From: Eledone cirrhosa
Taxonomy: Eukaryota
DNA length: 64,000 nucleotides
Direction: 5' to 3'
Assembly: GCA_964016885.1 (NCBI GenBank)
Contig: OZ024740.1
Coordinates: 84,878,001-84,942,000, forward strand
Shown here: positions 43,019 to 54,939 of the stretch, piece after piece
How the letters are laid out: every line of letters begins with the position of its first letter
How positions within the stretch are numbered: position 1 is the stretch's first letter
Program-made: the position numbers and the translations under genes
The notes under the pieces: generated by a model
What the model was told of the DNA's origin: nothing
What the model saw: the letters and a program-made list of their open reading frames with translations, nothing else
The model's database searches: none

Positions 43019-43431
43019 CCGGGAGAGATGACCCCTTAGCCTTTGTCAAGGCAGAATTCTAGGAGAAGGAAAACTCTGATATAACACCTGCAACCCTGAT
43101 GGTATCCAATGATGTTGACTTGTTCTTCTTTTTGGTAAATATCATCTTGGTTAAGAGAGTGGGACTGGCTTTGTGCAGTGCCTTTGCTCACTATAAAAGT
43201 TTCACGGCACAGGCATTGCTTTATATCTGGAGATCTCTCTGCACTTGTCGTCACATGGTACCATGGGCCCAGCACTATGTGTCAATAATTGTCACAGGTG
43301 TAGTGTTTGTACCAGAGTTTTCAAGTCGCTGGCTGGACTAAAAAGTCACACTTGTTCAGCGCATCGGTAGGGGTTCTCCTACATGGATATAAAGTAGTGG
43401 CCGTTTTCGAAAACGAGTTGGCAGCCACCAT
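43019..43431 (+). mobile_element. Bipartite RTE-derived element, 5'-truncated
   Basis: Same unit as 9595-10038. Confidence 0.85.
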
Positions 43432-44505
43432 GGATGGATGTATGCATGTATGTATACATGTATATATGTAAGTATGTATGCGTGTATGAGAACAACTGGA
43501 AGGACTTCAGGAGCTCGGTCTATGAGGCTTCAGCAGAGGTCCTTGGCTTTGTCACAAGAAAACAAGGACTGGTTTGATGAGAATGACCAGGAGGTCAAGG
43601 CTCTGCTAGACAGAAAACAAAAGGCACTTGATGCAATTCTTAAAGGTGGTAGCTCTGTTGGTGACAATTATGAGCGTTACAGACAGGTAAAGAAGGAAGT
43701 GCAGGTGAAACTCAGGGCTATGCAAAATACCTGGTGGAGCAACAAAGCAGATGAAGTTCAAGAGGCATCTGACGGCAACAATGTGAAACTGCCGCACTTT
43801 CTACTCACAGAGGTGTATGGCCCTTTCAGCTTTCCAGTGGCCCCTTTGAGATCGAAAGATGGCAAGCAATTACTGCGCGACCCAAAAGACACTCGACAGA
43901 TAGAGAGATCACTTTGATGAGCTCTTAAACCAGCCATCCCAGGTTGATGATGATTTCATTTGTTCCATTCCTATTGAACCAGTGAAGCATATGAGATGGC
44001 TAATGTATCTTCTCTTGCAGAGGGGACTTCTGCTGTGCATAAGCTGAACTGTGGTAAGTCTCCTGGTATGGATGGTCTGAGTGGAGCGGTTTTGAAGTGT
44101 GGTGGTGAAAACTTCACGCAGCGCCTGACTGACCTCATGAAAATGGTGTGGGAAGATGAGAATGTCCCACAAGAAGGATGCGCTCATGGTGATTCTCCAT
44201 AAAGGAAAGGACGACAAGGACAAATGTGGCAATTATCATGTCATATCCCTTCTTTCAGTAGTTGGTAAAGTCGTGTCGAATATTGATGGATAGATTGATC
44301 CCAAGAGTTGCTCTGAATGTGTTGCCTGAGTCGCAGTGTGGGTTCAGAAACGAAAGAGGAACAGTGGATATGATCGTTTCTGCTCGGCAGCTGCAAGAAA
44401 AGTGTATCGAACAATGTATGGACCTTTACCAGGTCTTTGTTGACTTGACAAAGGCCTTTGACACTGTCAATCGAACTGCGTTGTGGGTAAAAAATCCAAG
44501 GTAGG

Positions 44506-47500
44506 TGTTGTATGGACTGGGAATCGAACTCACAACCTCATTGTTGTATGGACTGTTAAATTTCTATTCAATTTACACGTGCTCACACATTTGCATATGA
44601 ATCACGTGACCTGGGCAGTCAGTCGGCGTTGGTATTAAAAACTCGGTCACAGACTGCTACTTACTTACTTTATGTTATTCTGCTACTGCGAGGAGGGGCG
44701 TTTTGGTTGTTTCGCAAATTACACAAATTATTTGATATAACTCGTTGTGTTTTCTCTGCGAGTACCGAGAGGAATACAACAGAGTTTATTGGCGTCATAG
44801 ATAGGATTTACTTACATTGCCGATAGGATTTACCTACATTGCCGATAGGATTTACCTACATTGCCGGGAAATTGTTTATCACAAAAACATGGCGGAACAA
44901 CAAACAGCGGAGCTAATAAAGTTGTTTAGAGAACAGATGGAACAACAAATGCAACAACAGGAACAACAAATGCAACAACACAAGAAAGATATGGACACTC
45001 TGATAAAACTGTTTGATGCTCGAGATTCTGAACAACAGAGTTTATTGGCGTCGCCAGTTGCTTCGACACCAACAGCATTCATCCCACCATTTGCTGCTTT
45101 TGATTCAACAACAGAACTATGGCCTGATTACTGGTCAATATTCTGCACGTTTGTGGCTGCTAACGCTGTACCCGAGCAACGCATGGCACAAGTGTTCCTG
45201 ACTAATCAGACGGCTGCTATCTACAAACAACTTGCAAATCTGGCTGCTCAACAAAATCCGCCTAAGAATATCAACAAGTTGACAATGGACGAAATTGTTG
45301 ACTTCATGAAAGAACAGTTCGACCCAAAACTTTTCATTGTGAGAGAACGTTTCAAGTTCTGGAGTGACATGCAACGGAAGCCAGGCGAAACTCTCCAGGA
45401 GCTGGCAGCACGTATACGTCAGAATGCAGCTACCTGTGATTTTCCTTTGATCACAAATCCACAAGATGAAGCTCTAAGACAGAGATTTATATGTTCTGTC
45501 AATAATGAAGCTGTGTTGAAGGCTATTTTCAAGATCAAGGATACAGAACTAGATTTCGCCCGTGCTGTCCAAGTTGCCATCGGGACCGAAGACGCAGCAA
45601 AGGTTGCCAAGGAAACTGTTTACGGTTCCAAAACCAAGCAAGTCTACAAGGTCCAGCAGAACAAGAACAAGGGTCCTCGAAAGAACTATCAGCAGTTTTA
45701 TTCCACAGACCAGGAGATGTGCTACCGATGTGGAAAGGCCCACAAAGCGACAGACTGCCCCTTCAAAGAAGCCAAATGTCATTTTTGTGACAAAAAGGGA
45801 CATTTGCAAGCGGTGTGTAGAAAGAAACAACATCAGCAACGTAATCATCGCTCACAGAATTACGTGAAAAGAATCACGAAAGCTGAGCTAGTCAAGGCGA
45901 TCCTTGGTGAAGTTCCCCACGATACTCATAGTTTGAATGTGCCAATAACAATCCAGAACAGACTTTTCACAATGGAATTGGACACAGCTACTACAGGCAA
46001 TTTTGTTTCCTTGTCAGTTTGGAAACGATTAGGAAAACCGAAGCTGCAAGATGTCAAACATCGGTTTGAATCTGCCAGCAAGCATGACCTGCCCGTTCTG
46101 GGAACTTTCATGGGCCAAACCAAGGATCCAACAACCGGTAAACGGAATTCAATACCCTACATCGTCACCAAGATCCCTGATCTTAATTTACTGGGACGAA
46201 ACGCTATCCAGACTCTGGGAATTTCCGTGGACAATGCTCTAGGATTGAAAAGCATAGACAGCCAGGCCAAGAGTGAGGGTGCAGAAGTGATGCATCCAAA
46301 GACCTCAAATGAGCCCTATATTTCCATGCAACGAGATTGTCACAACATGTGTGATGAATTCCCAGATCTCTTCAAGCAAGAATTGGGATGTCTTAATGAC
46401 TTCGAACTGGAAGTGAAGTTCAAGTCGGACGCGACACCGGTCTTTCACAAGGCACGCCCGGTCCCGTTTGCTCTTCGTGATGACCTGGCCAAAGGTTACG
46501 AAGAAGGCATCGCCAAAGGAATCTGGAAGCCAGTACAGTTCAACGAATACGGAACGCCAGTGGTACCGATTCGTAAAGCACATACTTCAGGCAACCTGAA
46601 GCCCAAACTACGGATTTGTGGTGACTACTCTGGGAATTAATGACCAACTTGCAGATCATCGTCATCCAATGCCACTCCCAGAGGAACTGATGCAGAAGCT
46701 CGGAGGTGGATTCGGATACACAAAGATTGATCTTGCTGATGCCTATAATCAGATCAAGCTGGCTCCAGAAAGCCAACGCAGGCTTGCACTCAGCACTCAC
46801 CGTGGAGTGCTCCTGCAGGAACGACTCTCTTTCGGAATCAAGTCAGCACCTGGTTACTTTCAGGAGATCATGGAAAACCTGACTCAAGATCTACCTGGTG
46901 TGGCCGTCTTCCAGGACGACATGCTCGTCAGTGGGAAAGATGCAAACGATCACCTGAACAACCTAAAGTGTCTGCTCACACGTCTGTGCGACAAAGGACT
47001 CAGATGTCGCCGTGACAAGTGCCAGTTTGCACTACCCAGTGTGGAATACCTTGGACACACCTTGTCGGCTGAAGGGATCGCGAAGGGATCCAAGGTCGAA
47101 GCAGTTTTAAAGATGCCACCTCCAACGAACGTCTCAAGCTTGAAGTCTTTCCTGGGTTCAGTTCAGTTCTATGGAAAGTTTATCCCAAACCTGGCCAGCA
47201 TGGCAGAGCCACTCTATTTCCTTACGAAAAAAACGACTACTTGGAAGTGGGGAGATGAAGAACAGTCAGCTTTCGATCAGTTGAAAAATGTGCTTTCATC
47301 GGATCGAGTTCTGATACACTTCGATCCAAACAAAACTTTGGAACTGGCTTGCGACGCGTCAAACGTTGGTATTGGAGCAGTCCTGTTTCATCGCTATCCT
47401 GATGGAAGCGAGCGCCCAATATCCAATGTGTCCAAGACTCTTACTTCTGCACAGCGTAACTACGGCCAAATTCAAAAGGAAGCCCTGGCCATCATATTTG

Positions 47501-49431
47501 GCTTGCAGAAGTTCTATCAGTATCTGTACGGACATCAGCTTATACTCGTAACTGACCACAAGCCACTGACATCACTGTTCAGTCCGAGGAAAGGGACGCC
47601 ACTTCTCGTTGCTAAGCGACTAGCACGGTGGGCCCTGTGGCTGAACCAGTTTGACTACACCATCGAATATCGGAAAACAGCGGATCATGGCAATGCAGAT
47701 GCCCTCAGTCGCTTGCCATTTGGTAATGACATCGACTTTGACAGGAAGGAAAATGGTGAAGACATGGACATGGTGTGCGCCATCAAAGCTCTCAGTCTTC
47801 AAGTCCAACCTATCGATTCTAACGTCCTCCGTCAAGAGTCAGGGAAAGATCCAGTGATATCTACAGTGATACGCTACGTCCGTGAAGGCTGGCCACCAAA
47901 GAATACTGAGATCAATGACGAAGTCAATAAGTTCCGGAAGTTATCGGATTCACTCAGTATCTGCCACGGATGCCTTATGCATGGATCGAGAGTTGTGATT
48001 CCACATAGCTTACAGCCAAAGATCCTCAATCTTCTGCATCTCGGACACTTTGGCATGGAGCGCATGAAACAATTGGCAAGAACTGCTGTTTATTGGCCTG
48101 GTATCGATGCTGCTATAGAGAAAACCAGTCGACAATGTGATTCGTGTGGTGAACATCAAAACCAGCCATCCAAGTCTCCAGTTCACCCATGGATGTTACC
48201 TGAAAAGCCGTGGAGCCGCTTACACCTGGACCACGCAATAAATTTCATGGCAGTAATTGGTTGGTGATCACGGATGCTTATTCCAAGTATCCATGCATTC
48301 ATCCTACGTCATCCACGTCCTCCAGAGCCACTTTAGATCTGCTTGAAGAAGACTTTGCGCTCTTCGGATTTCCTCACACGCTAGTCACCGATAACGCACT
48401 AACTTTTATTTCTGAGGAGTTCCAGAGCTGGTGCAAAGAACGTGGGATCACGCACCTGACAAGGGCACCTTACCACTCGGCTACTAACGGAGCAGCGGAA
48501 CGTTTGGTGCAGACCTTCAAACAAGCTCTGAGGAAGACTTCTCTTCCGCCGAAGCGAGCACTTCAAGAGTTCTTGATGCAGTACCGGAGAACACCGACAT
48601 CCAGTCGATTCTCTCCGGGTGAACTTTTGAATCACCGGCAGATACGGACAAGGATTGATTCTATGCTGCCCTCGCCAGCACACATCGCTCAAGGCAAGCA
48701 GTCTAAGGAAGCATATAAGTCTCAGATGACTCCGGACTCGGCAGGTGTCGCTAAGGTTACCAGGCAGTACAAGGCTGGAGATCCTGTGTATGCACTGTAC
48801 TACGGACCTCGCCGATACAAAGATCCCCGATGGGTACCAGCAATCATTAAGAAGTCATTGGGTACTCGCTGCTTCAACGTTAAGGTCATACCTCATGGCC
48901 CGGTGTGGAGACGACACTGGGAACAGCTGCAACCGCGGTACACTACTGAGGAAGACAATGAACCTGGTGATGCAGTAGACACTATTTTTGAATTTGCAAC
49001 AGATCACCCGATGGAGATCTGGGAAATCGTGCCACTAACTCCAAGACAGACCAGACCCAAGACCTTGTTGCCCGTTCCAGAGTATGGACCAGACAATCGA
49101 AGACGGTCCAAGAGAACTCGTAAACCCCCAAAGAGACTTTGCTGTTGATGGGGAGGTGTTGTATGGACTGGGAATCGAACTCACAACCTCATTGTTGTAT
49201 GGACTGTTAAATTTCTATTCAATTTACACGTGCTCACACATTTGCATATGAATACGTGACCTGGGCAGTCAGTCGGCGTTGGTATTAAAAACTCGGTCAC
49301 AGACTGCTACTTACTTACTTTATGTTATTCTGCTACTGCGAGGAGGGGCATTTTGGTTGTTTCGCAAATTACACAAATTATTTGATATAACTCGTTGTGT
49401 TTTCTCTGCGAGTACCGAGAGGAATACAATA
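44506..49431 (+). mobile_element. Near-complete young Gypsy/Ty3 LTR retrotransposon (Mag-like), 5-bp TSD GTAGG
   Basis: LTRs 44506-44781 and 49157-49431 differ by 2 substitutions and 1 indel. TSD at 44501-44505 / 49432-49436. PBS TGGCGTCATAGATAGGAT (tRNA-Ser-like) at 44790; PPT GATGGGGAGG before 49157. Confidence 0.96.
44889..49148 (+). pseudogene. Gypsy gag-pol with two frameshifts (~46632, ~48247)
   Basis: Two zinc knuckles CYRCGKAHKATDC / CHFCDKKGHLQAVC; protease LDTAT; RT FQDD; RNase H CDAS, TDHKPL; integrase HLGH..CDSC, TDNA, NGAAER. Confidence 0.93.
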
Positions 49432-50892
49432 GTAGGGTAGAAGATTCTGCATCTTTTCCATGATGACATGAAGGCTTTGGTCAGTATTGGTGGTAGCATC
49501 GCTGAACCAATATCAGTTGAAAATGAAGTGAAGCAGGGGGACATTCCGGCTCCAACTCTGTTTTCCTTATATTTTACGATAGTGTTTCTCATGGCATTCA
49601 AATATTGTTCTCATGGGGTTTACATCAAGAATCGCACTTCAGGAAGGTTGTTCAACACCAGGCGCTTTGGTACAAGCATAAAGGTATTAACATCTATAAT
49701 CCGAGAGTTTTTGTATGCAGATTACTGCGATCGTTTTGCATACTCACAAAGTGACATGCAGCATATTATGAGCTCTTTTTCTGCAGCTTGTAGCACTTTG
49801 GGCGTCACAATAAGCTTGGAAAAGACTGTTGTGATGTATCAGCCAATACCTGGAAACGAGTACACTGCACCAAGTGTGTACGTGTACGGAAAGAGGCTAA
49901 AAGTTGCTGACAAGTTTGTTTACCTTGGTAGTACGTTGAACACTTCATGCACACATGATAATGAAATATCCTTAAGAATCAAGAAAGCCAGTGATGCTTT
50001 TGGACGGCTGCATCAACGTTTATGGTCCAGACGAGGTATCACTATCGAAACCAAGGTGAAAGTGTATCTGACTTGTGTCGTCTCCTCTTTACTTTATGTT
50101 TGTGAAACGTGGGTCACATACAGAAAGCACCTCAAGGATCTGGAGAGATTTCACCAACAATCTCTTCATAAGTTACTTGGGGTGTGATGGAAAATGTTCG
50201 CCAGTGATTTGGAAGTTCTAGAACGGAGCAGGTGCGTGACTATAGAGATAGTTGAGGTGGTGCAGTCACGTGGTCCGGATGTCTGATGATCGTATTCCAA
50301 AGCAACTTCTCTATGGAGAACTGTGTGAAGGAAGACGACCACCACATAAGCCAAAAAGGCGGTACCGGGACTGTATCAGGAGCACCTTGGCTTGTGCTGG
50401 AATTTCATCTGACGAATGGGAGAAAATGGCTGACGAGCGTGTGAAGTGGAGACGTTTGATCAAGTCAGGTGGTGAACACTTTGAAACTCGTCGGAGAGAA
50501 CACCTAACACTGAAAAGGAAGGTGAGGATTGAGACTGTTCTGAACTGCCTGCTGTTGAACATCATCTGGTTTGCCAGCACTGTGGTCGAGTCAGCCTGAG
50601 CAAAGCTGGTTTGATTAGACATGAACAAAGTCATATCAGTAGACCTCATGTAGATTATGATCTGAAAAGGTGTAAGAAACGTACAAGCATGAGAGGTCGT
50701 AAAAGATCCATGTGAACATACAGCCAGAACAAAGCAATGGAAGGTTTCGGGGGAGCCTAAAGTTGCCATGTGTGCGCCAGAGGGTGCAAGTATTTGGCTG
50801 GTTTAAAGAGTCACACTTTTGAACATTTTATCGGGCGATGGCAATACTTGAACACGAGTTTGCAGCCATCATGTAGTATGTATGTATGTATG

Positions 50893-51307
50893 TCAGGTCA
50901 CTCTTGAGTGCTATTGGTAACATGTAACCCAGTACAACCTGTCGCATGGTCGGGTCGTCGGCGACTAAACCGGCAACCCCACCGAGTTTACTTGGTGAGG
51001 AGGGTGATTTTGGACACCCTGCAGGACAAAAAACAAAACCTGACAAAGGGCGGAAGATTCATAAGAGTCAACGGCCATCCAAAAGTGTGTAAATATGTAT
51101 ATACACATGTACATATGTATGTATATGTATATGTGTATATACATGGGTGCATGTGTATGTACATGCGCGGGGACATAGAAATAATCAGGCTGGACACCCA
51201 ATCGCGCTTTTAAACCACTGGGAGTGAAGGACCCCTAGCCTTTGTCAGGGCATTCTTCTAGGAAAAGGCAACTCAGGAAACTGGGATAACTCCGATATAA
51301 AACCTGC
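50893..51307 (+). mobile_element. Diverged RTE 5' leader, interrupted by a (TATG)n tract at ~51085-51165
   Basis: Homologous to 42411-42640 and 8496-8750. Confidence 0.75.
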
Positions 51308-51404
51308 GCTAGCATGACATAAAATGATGATGATGAAATATAACAGAGTTTTATAGCTTGCTTGAAGCATTGATGAATAGGAAACACAAATTTAAATTTT
51401 GAAA

Positions 51405-51742
51405 ACCAAGTTGAGGGCCTTTGAACCCCAGGCTATTGCAATAGCTGCTCCTGATTCTAGATGTGGAAGACGGGACTTTTGGTACCACACAGTGACGTCC
51501 TGTTCGAGAATTGGTCCAGCTCTCAATGCGAAAGTTTGGTCTTAGTCCCCCCAGGATTTTCCATATGTATATCATTGCATATCTCTCCCGTTTTCATTCC
51601 GAGGAGTAGAGTTTCAGTTCTTTTAGACTCTCCCAGTAGTTTATCTCCTTCATCGTGGCAACCTTCTTGGTGTAGCTTCATTGGATTGCTTCAAGCTCCA
51701 TGGTTAGTTTGATACTATGGGGTGACCACAGCTGGGAGCATT
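51405..51742 (-). mobile_element. CR1/L2-like LINE 3' coding fragment
   Basis: CSQLWSP; YWESLKELKLYS; IYIWKILGG..PNF. Confidence 0.7.
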
Positions 51743-52050
51743 CATCATCATTTCATTTTACGTCCACTTTTTCCCTGCTTGCAAGGGTGGGACAGGAACT
51801 GATTCTGGCTTGATTTCTACAGCTGGATGCCCTTCCTAACACCAACCTCATTTACAGTGAGTGCTTTTTTCCCGTGGCACCTCCACGACCACTTTGCAGT
51901 GGAATGATAGGGACCCCAGTCCTATCATCTCATTTCTACAGCTGAGTAAACTGGAGCAATGCGAAATAAAGTGTCTTGCTCAAGGAAACAACACATCACC
52001 CGGTGTGAGAATTGAACTCACAACCTTTCGATTGCAAGGCCAATGCTCTC
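51740..52050 (-). mobile_element. tRNA-head/RTE-tail SINE
   Basis: Close copy of 25291-25628. Confidence 0.8.
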
Positions 52051-52060
52051 AATATGTATG

Positions 52061-52116
<56 letters not shown>

Positions 52117-52155
52117 TATAAACTAATATACACACACACACGCATATATATATAT

Positions 52156-52731
52156 ATAGTAATAATTATACATATGAAGACTAAAATCCAAAGAGGGCTC
52201 GATAGGGATAAATATATATCAATTATATAAGAACCGTAGAGCAAATATTTATTAAAATAACAGATTAAAATTTAAGCAAAGAATCGGCTGCTTTCACCCT
52301 TAATGGGATCTTCTGAAACTAAAAAAAAAATCAATCTGTGAACGCAGAAGTAAATATTTCGAAAAACGTTGCAACTGAAGGAAGACAGGAAGGCGATACT
52401 TTGGTTCGTGGAGACGTAGTTTTAGGTATTTCTTCCTGCTTGGTACGGGTATGTTCTTTGTAGAAATATTCAGATGTTGTTTCTGCATGATGAATATAAG
52501 TTAATTGAGTATTCAATCAAGGGAGCCAAATAGTAATAATAATAAATTTGAAGACTAACATCCAAAGAGGGCTCGATAAGAATAAATATATATCAAATAT
52601 ATAAGAACCGTAGAGCAAATATTTATTAAAATAACAGATTAAAGTTTAAGCAAAGAATCGGCTGCTTTCACCCTTAATGGGATCTTCTGAAACTAAAAAA
52701 AATCAATCTGTGAACGCAGAAGTAAATATTT
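52156..52731 (-). mobile_element. Internally deleted Penelope-like element: two direct pLTR-like repeats (52156-52360, 52530-52731) flanking fused ORF ends
   Basis: ~200-bp direct repeat; minus ORF STKNIPVPSRKKYLK (PLE N-terminal motif) joined to LHEPKYRL; each repeat has CAGAAGA-TCCCATTAAGGGT-GAAA. Confidence 0.7.
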
Positions 52732-52732
52732 C

Positions 52733-52838
52733 TAGGCCGACCTTTCCCAATTGCACCTCTCAAGGGCAATGACACACGACCATGACCTCTGGCGTCACAC
52801 AGTAATACAGAAGACCCGACTTTCCACAGGAACATATA
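52733..52838 (+). mobile_element. RTE 3' coding fragment (31378 family)
   Basis: ADLSQLHLSRAMTHDHDLWRHTVIQKTR matches the C-terminus of ORF 31692. Confidence 0.75.
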
Positions 52839-52859
52839 GACAATATTTGTTTTCCTTTG

Positions 52860-54890
52860 TTTTTTTATGTCCTATCAACTAATCCGACCTCCAAAATGCT
52901 TCCAATTGACTATTATTTTAGCATATTAACAACAAATATGATTTTCACTGCAATTAAAAATGACTAGCTTTGTGAATGGTTTTTCCACCCACTTTCTGCC
53001 TTCATTTTTCTACAAAGCTAATCATTGACGATAGGTTTCAAAGTTATATTCATTCATAATATGTGAAAGAAATAGTCAACTGCGAGCATTGGTGTGATGT
53101 AAATAGTAGGAGTAGGTGTTCTGTAATACATTTACCATATGGTGAAGTATGGTTATGGTGAAGTATATGGTGTGGATTGGGGTAGATTAATGTGCTGTGG
53201 TGTGCTTTGTTATAAGTGAGGATTTAAATTTCCACTTTGATTTATGTTAGAAAAAAAATTTTTCCTTCATTTTTGCATGTGCTATCAACTTCCAAGATGC
53301 TCGCAGTGGACTATGCTTTTAGCATATTAACAAAAAATATGACTTCCGCTGCAATAAAAAATGACTAGCTTTGTAAATGATATTTCCACCCACATTCTCC
53401 CTCTTTTTTCTACAAAGCTAGTCATTTTCATCAGGTTTCCGTGTCATAACCATTGATAATATGTGCATAAAATAGTAATTTGCAAGCACCATTTATGTCA
53501 AATTGGGTGGTAAGCACACAAAAAAAAAAAAAATGCCAAATGAAAATTTGTCACACCAAAATCAATAGCTTGGTGTGATATAGTATGGTGTGGTTTGGTG
53601 AAGTTTCTACAAAGATAGTCATTTTCGACAGGTTTCCATGTCATAATTATTGATAAGTGGAAAAAAATAGTCAATTGGGAGCACCTTTAATGTCAGATTG
53701 GGTGGTAAGCACACACAAAAAAAAAAAAAAGGAAACGGGAAGAAAATTTTTCACACCAAGATCAATAGCTTGGTGCGATGTAGTATGGTGTAACTTGGTA
53801 TGGTGTGGTTTGGTTCGGTTTGGTGAAGTTATGAAATGGAAACCAATTGTAAACGATAGATTCCTATGTCATATTCATTGATAATGTGTGGGAAAATAGT
53901 CATTTGCAAGCACCTTTGATGTTAGTTTGAGGTGGTAACCACAAAAAAAAAAGCAGGTAGCAAATCTGTCACATTAATGTCCATGTGATGTAAATGGTAG
54001 GAGTAGGTGTTCTGTAATAAATTTACCATATAGTGAAGTATGGTTATGGTGAAGTATATGGTGTGGATTGAGGTAGATTAATGTGCTGTGGTGTGCTTTG
54101 TTATAAGTGAGGATTTAAATTTCCACTTTGATTTATGTTAGAAAAAAAATGTTCCTTCAATTTTGCATGTGCTATCAACTTCCAAGAAGCTCGCAGTGGA
54201 CTATACTTTTAGCATATTAACAAAAAAATGACTTCCGCTGCAATAAAAAATGGCTAGCTTTGTAAATGGTATTTCCACCTACATCCTCCCTCTTTTTTCT
54301 ACAAAGCTAGTCATTTTCATCAGGTTTCCATGTCATAACCATTGATAATATGTGCATAAAATAGTAATTTGCGAGCACCATTTATGTCAAATTGGGTGGT
54401 AAGCACAAAAAAAAAAAAAAAAATGCCAGATGAAAATTTGTCATATCAAAATCAATAGCTCGGTGTGATGTAGTATGGTGTGGTTTGGTGAAGTTTCTAC
54501 AAAGATAGTCATTTTCAACAGGTTTCCATGTCATAATTATTGATAATATGTGCAAAAAATAGATAATTGCGAACACTTTTAATGTCAGATTGGGTGGTAA
54601 GCACACACAAAAAAAAGCAGGAAGAAAATGTTTCACACTGAGTTCAATAGCATGGTGTGATGTAGTATGGTGTAGTTTGTTATGGTGTGGTTTGGTTTGG
54701 TGTAGTTTGGTATGGTTTAGTTTGGTGTAGTTATAACATGGAAACCTATCATAAATTTACCAAAGTATGGTATAATCTGGTTTGGTGTAGTGTAGGTTAG
54801 TGTGGTGTGGTGTGTTATTATGTTGCATCGTATAGCGTGATTCTCTTTAAATTAAAATCATTAAAATGTAATGCCTATCTTCTATATCTT
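52860..54890. repeat. Tandem duplication with ~890-bp period, built from shorter sub-repeats
   Basis: gtgatgtaaat.gtaggagtaggtgttctgtaata at ~53094 and ~53985; recurring ctacaaag.tagtcattttc. Confidence 0.85.
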
Positions 54891-54939
54891 AAAGAGTGAC
54901 CTTAAATGTGATTGCAAATGACTTTTTTCTCTGGAATAA

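Larger units (their letters stand above)
43490..50872 (+). mobile_element. RTE-BovB-like LINE ORF2 (decayed), split by the Gypsy insertion, ending in (TATG)n
   Basis: DWFDENDQE; KSPGMDGL; LPESQCGFR..RGTVDMI..RQLQEKCIEQ; VDLTKAFDTVNR | KQGDIPAPTLF; LYADY; YLGS; RMSDDRIPKQLLYGEL; C2H2-like tail. Confidence 0.92.

Noticed and set aside
44800-44865. CRISPR-like direct repeats
   Set aside because: Head-to-tail with no spacers, inside a eukaryotic retrotransposon
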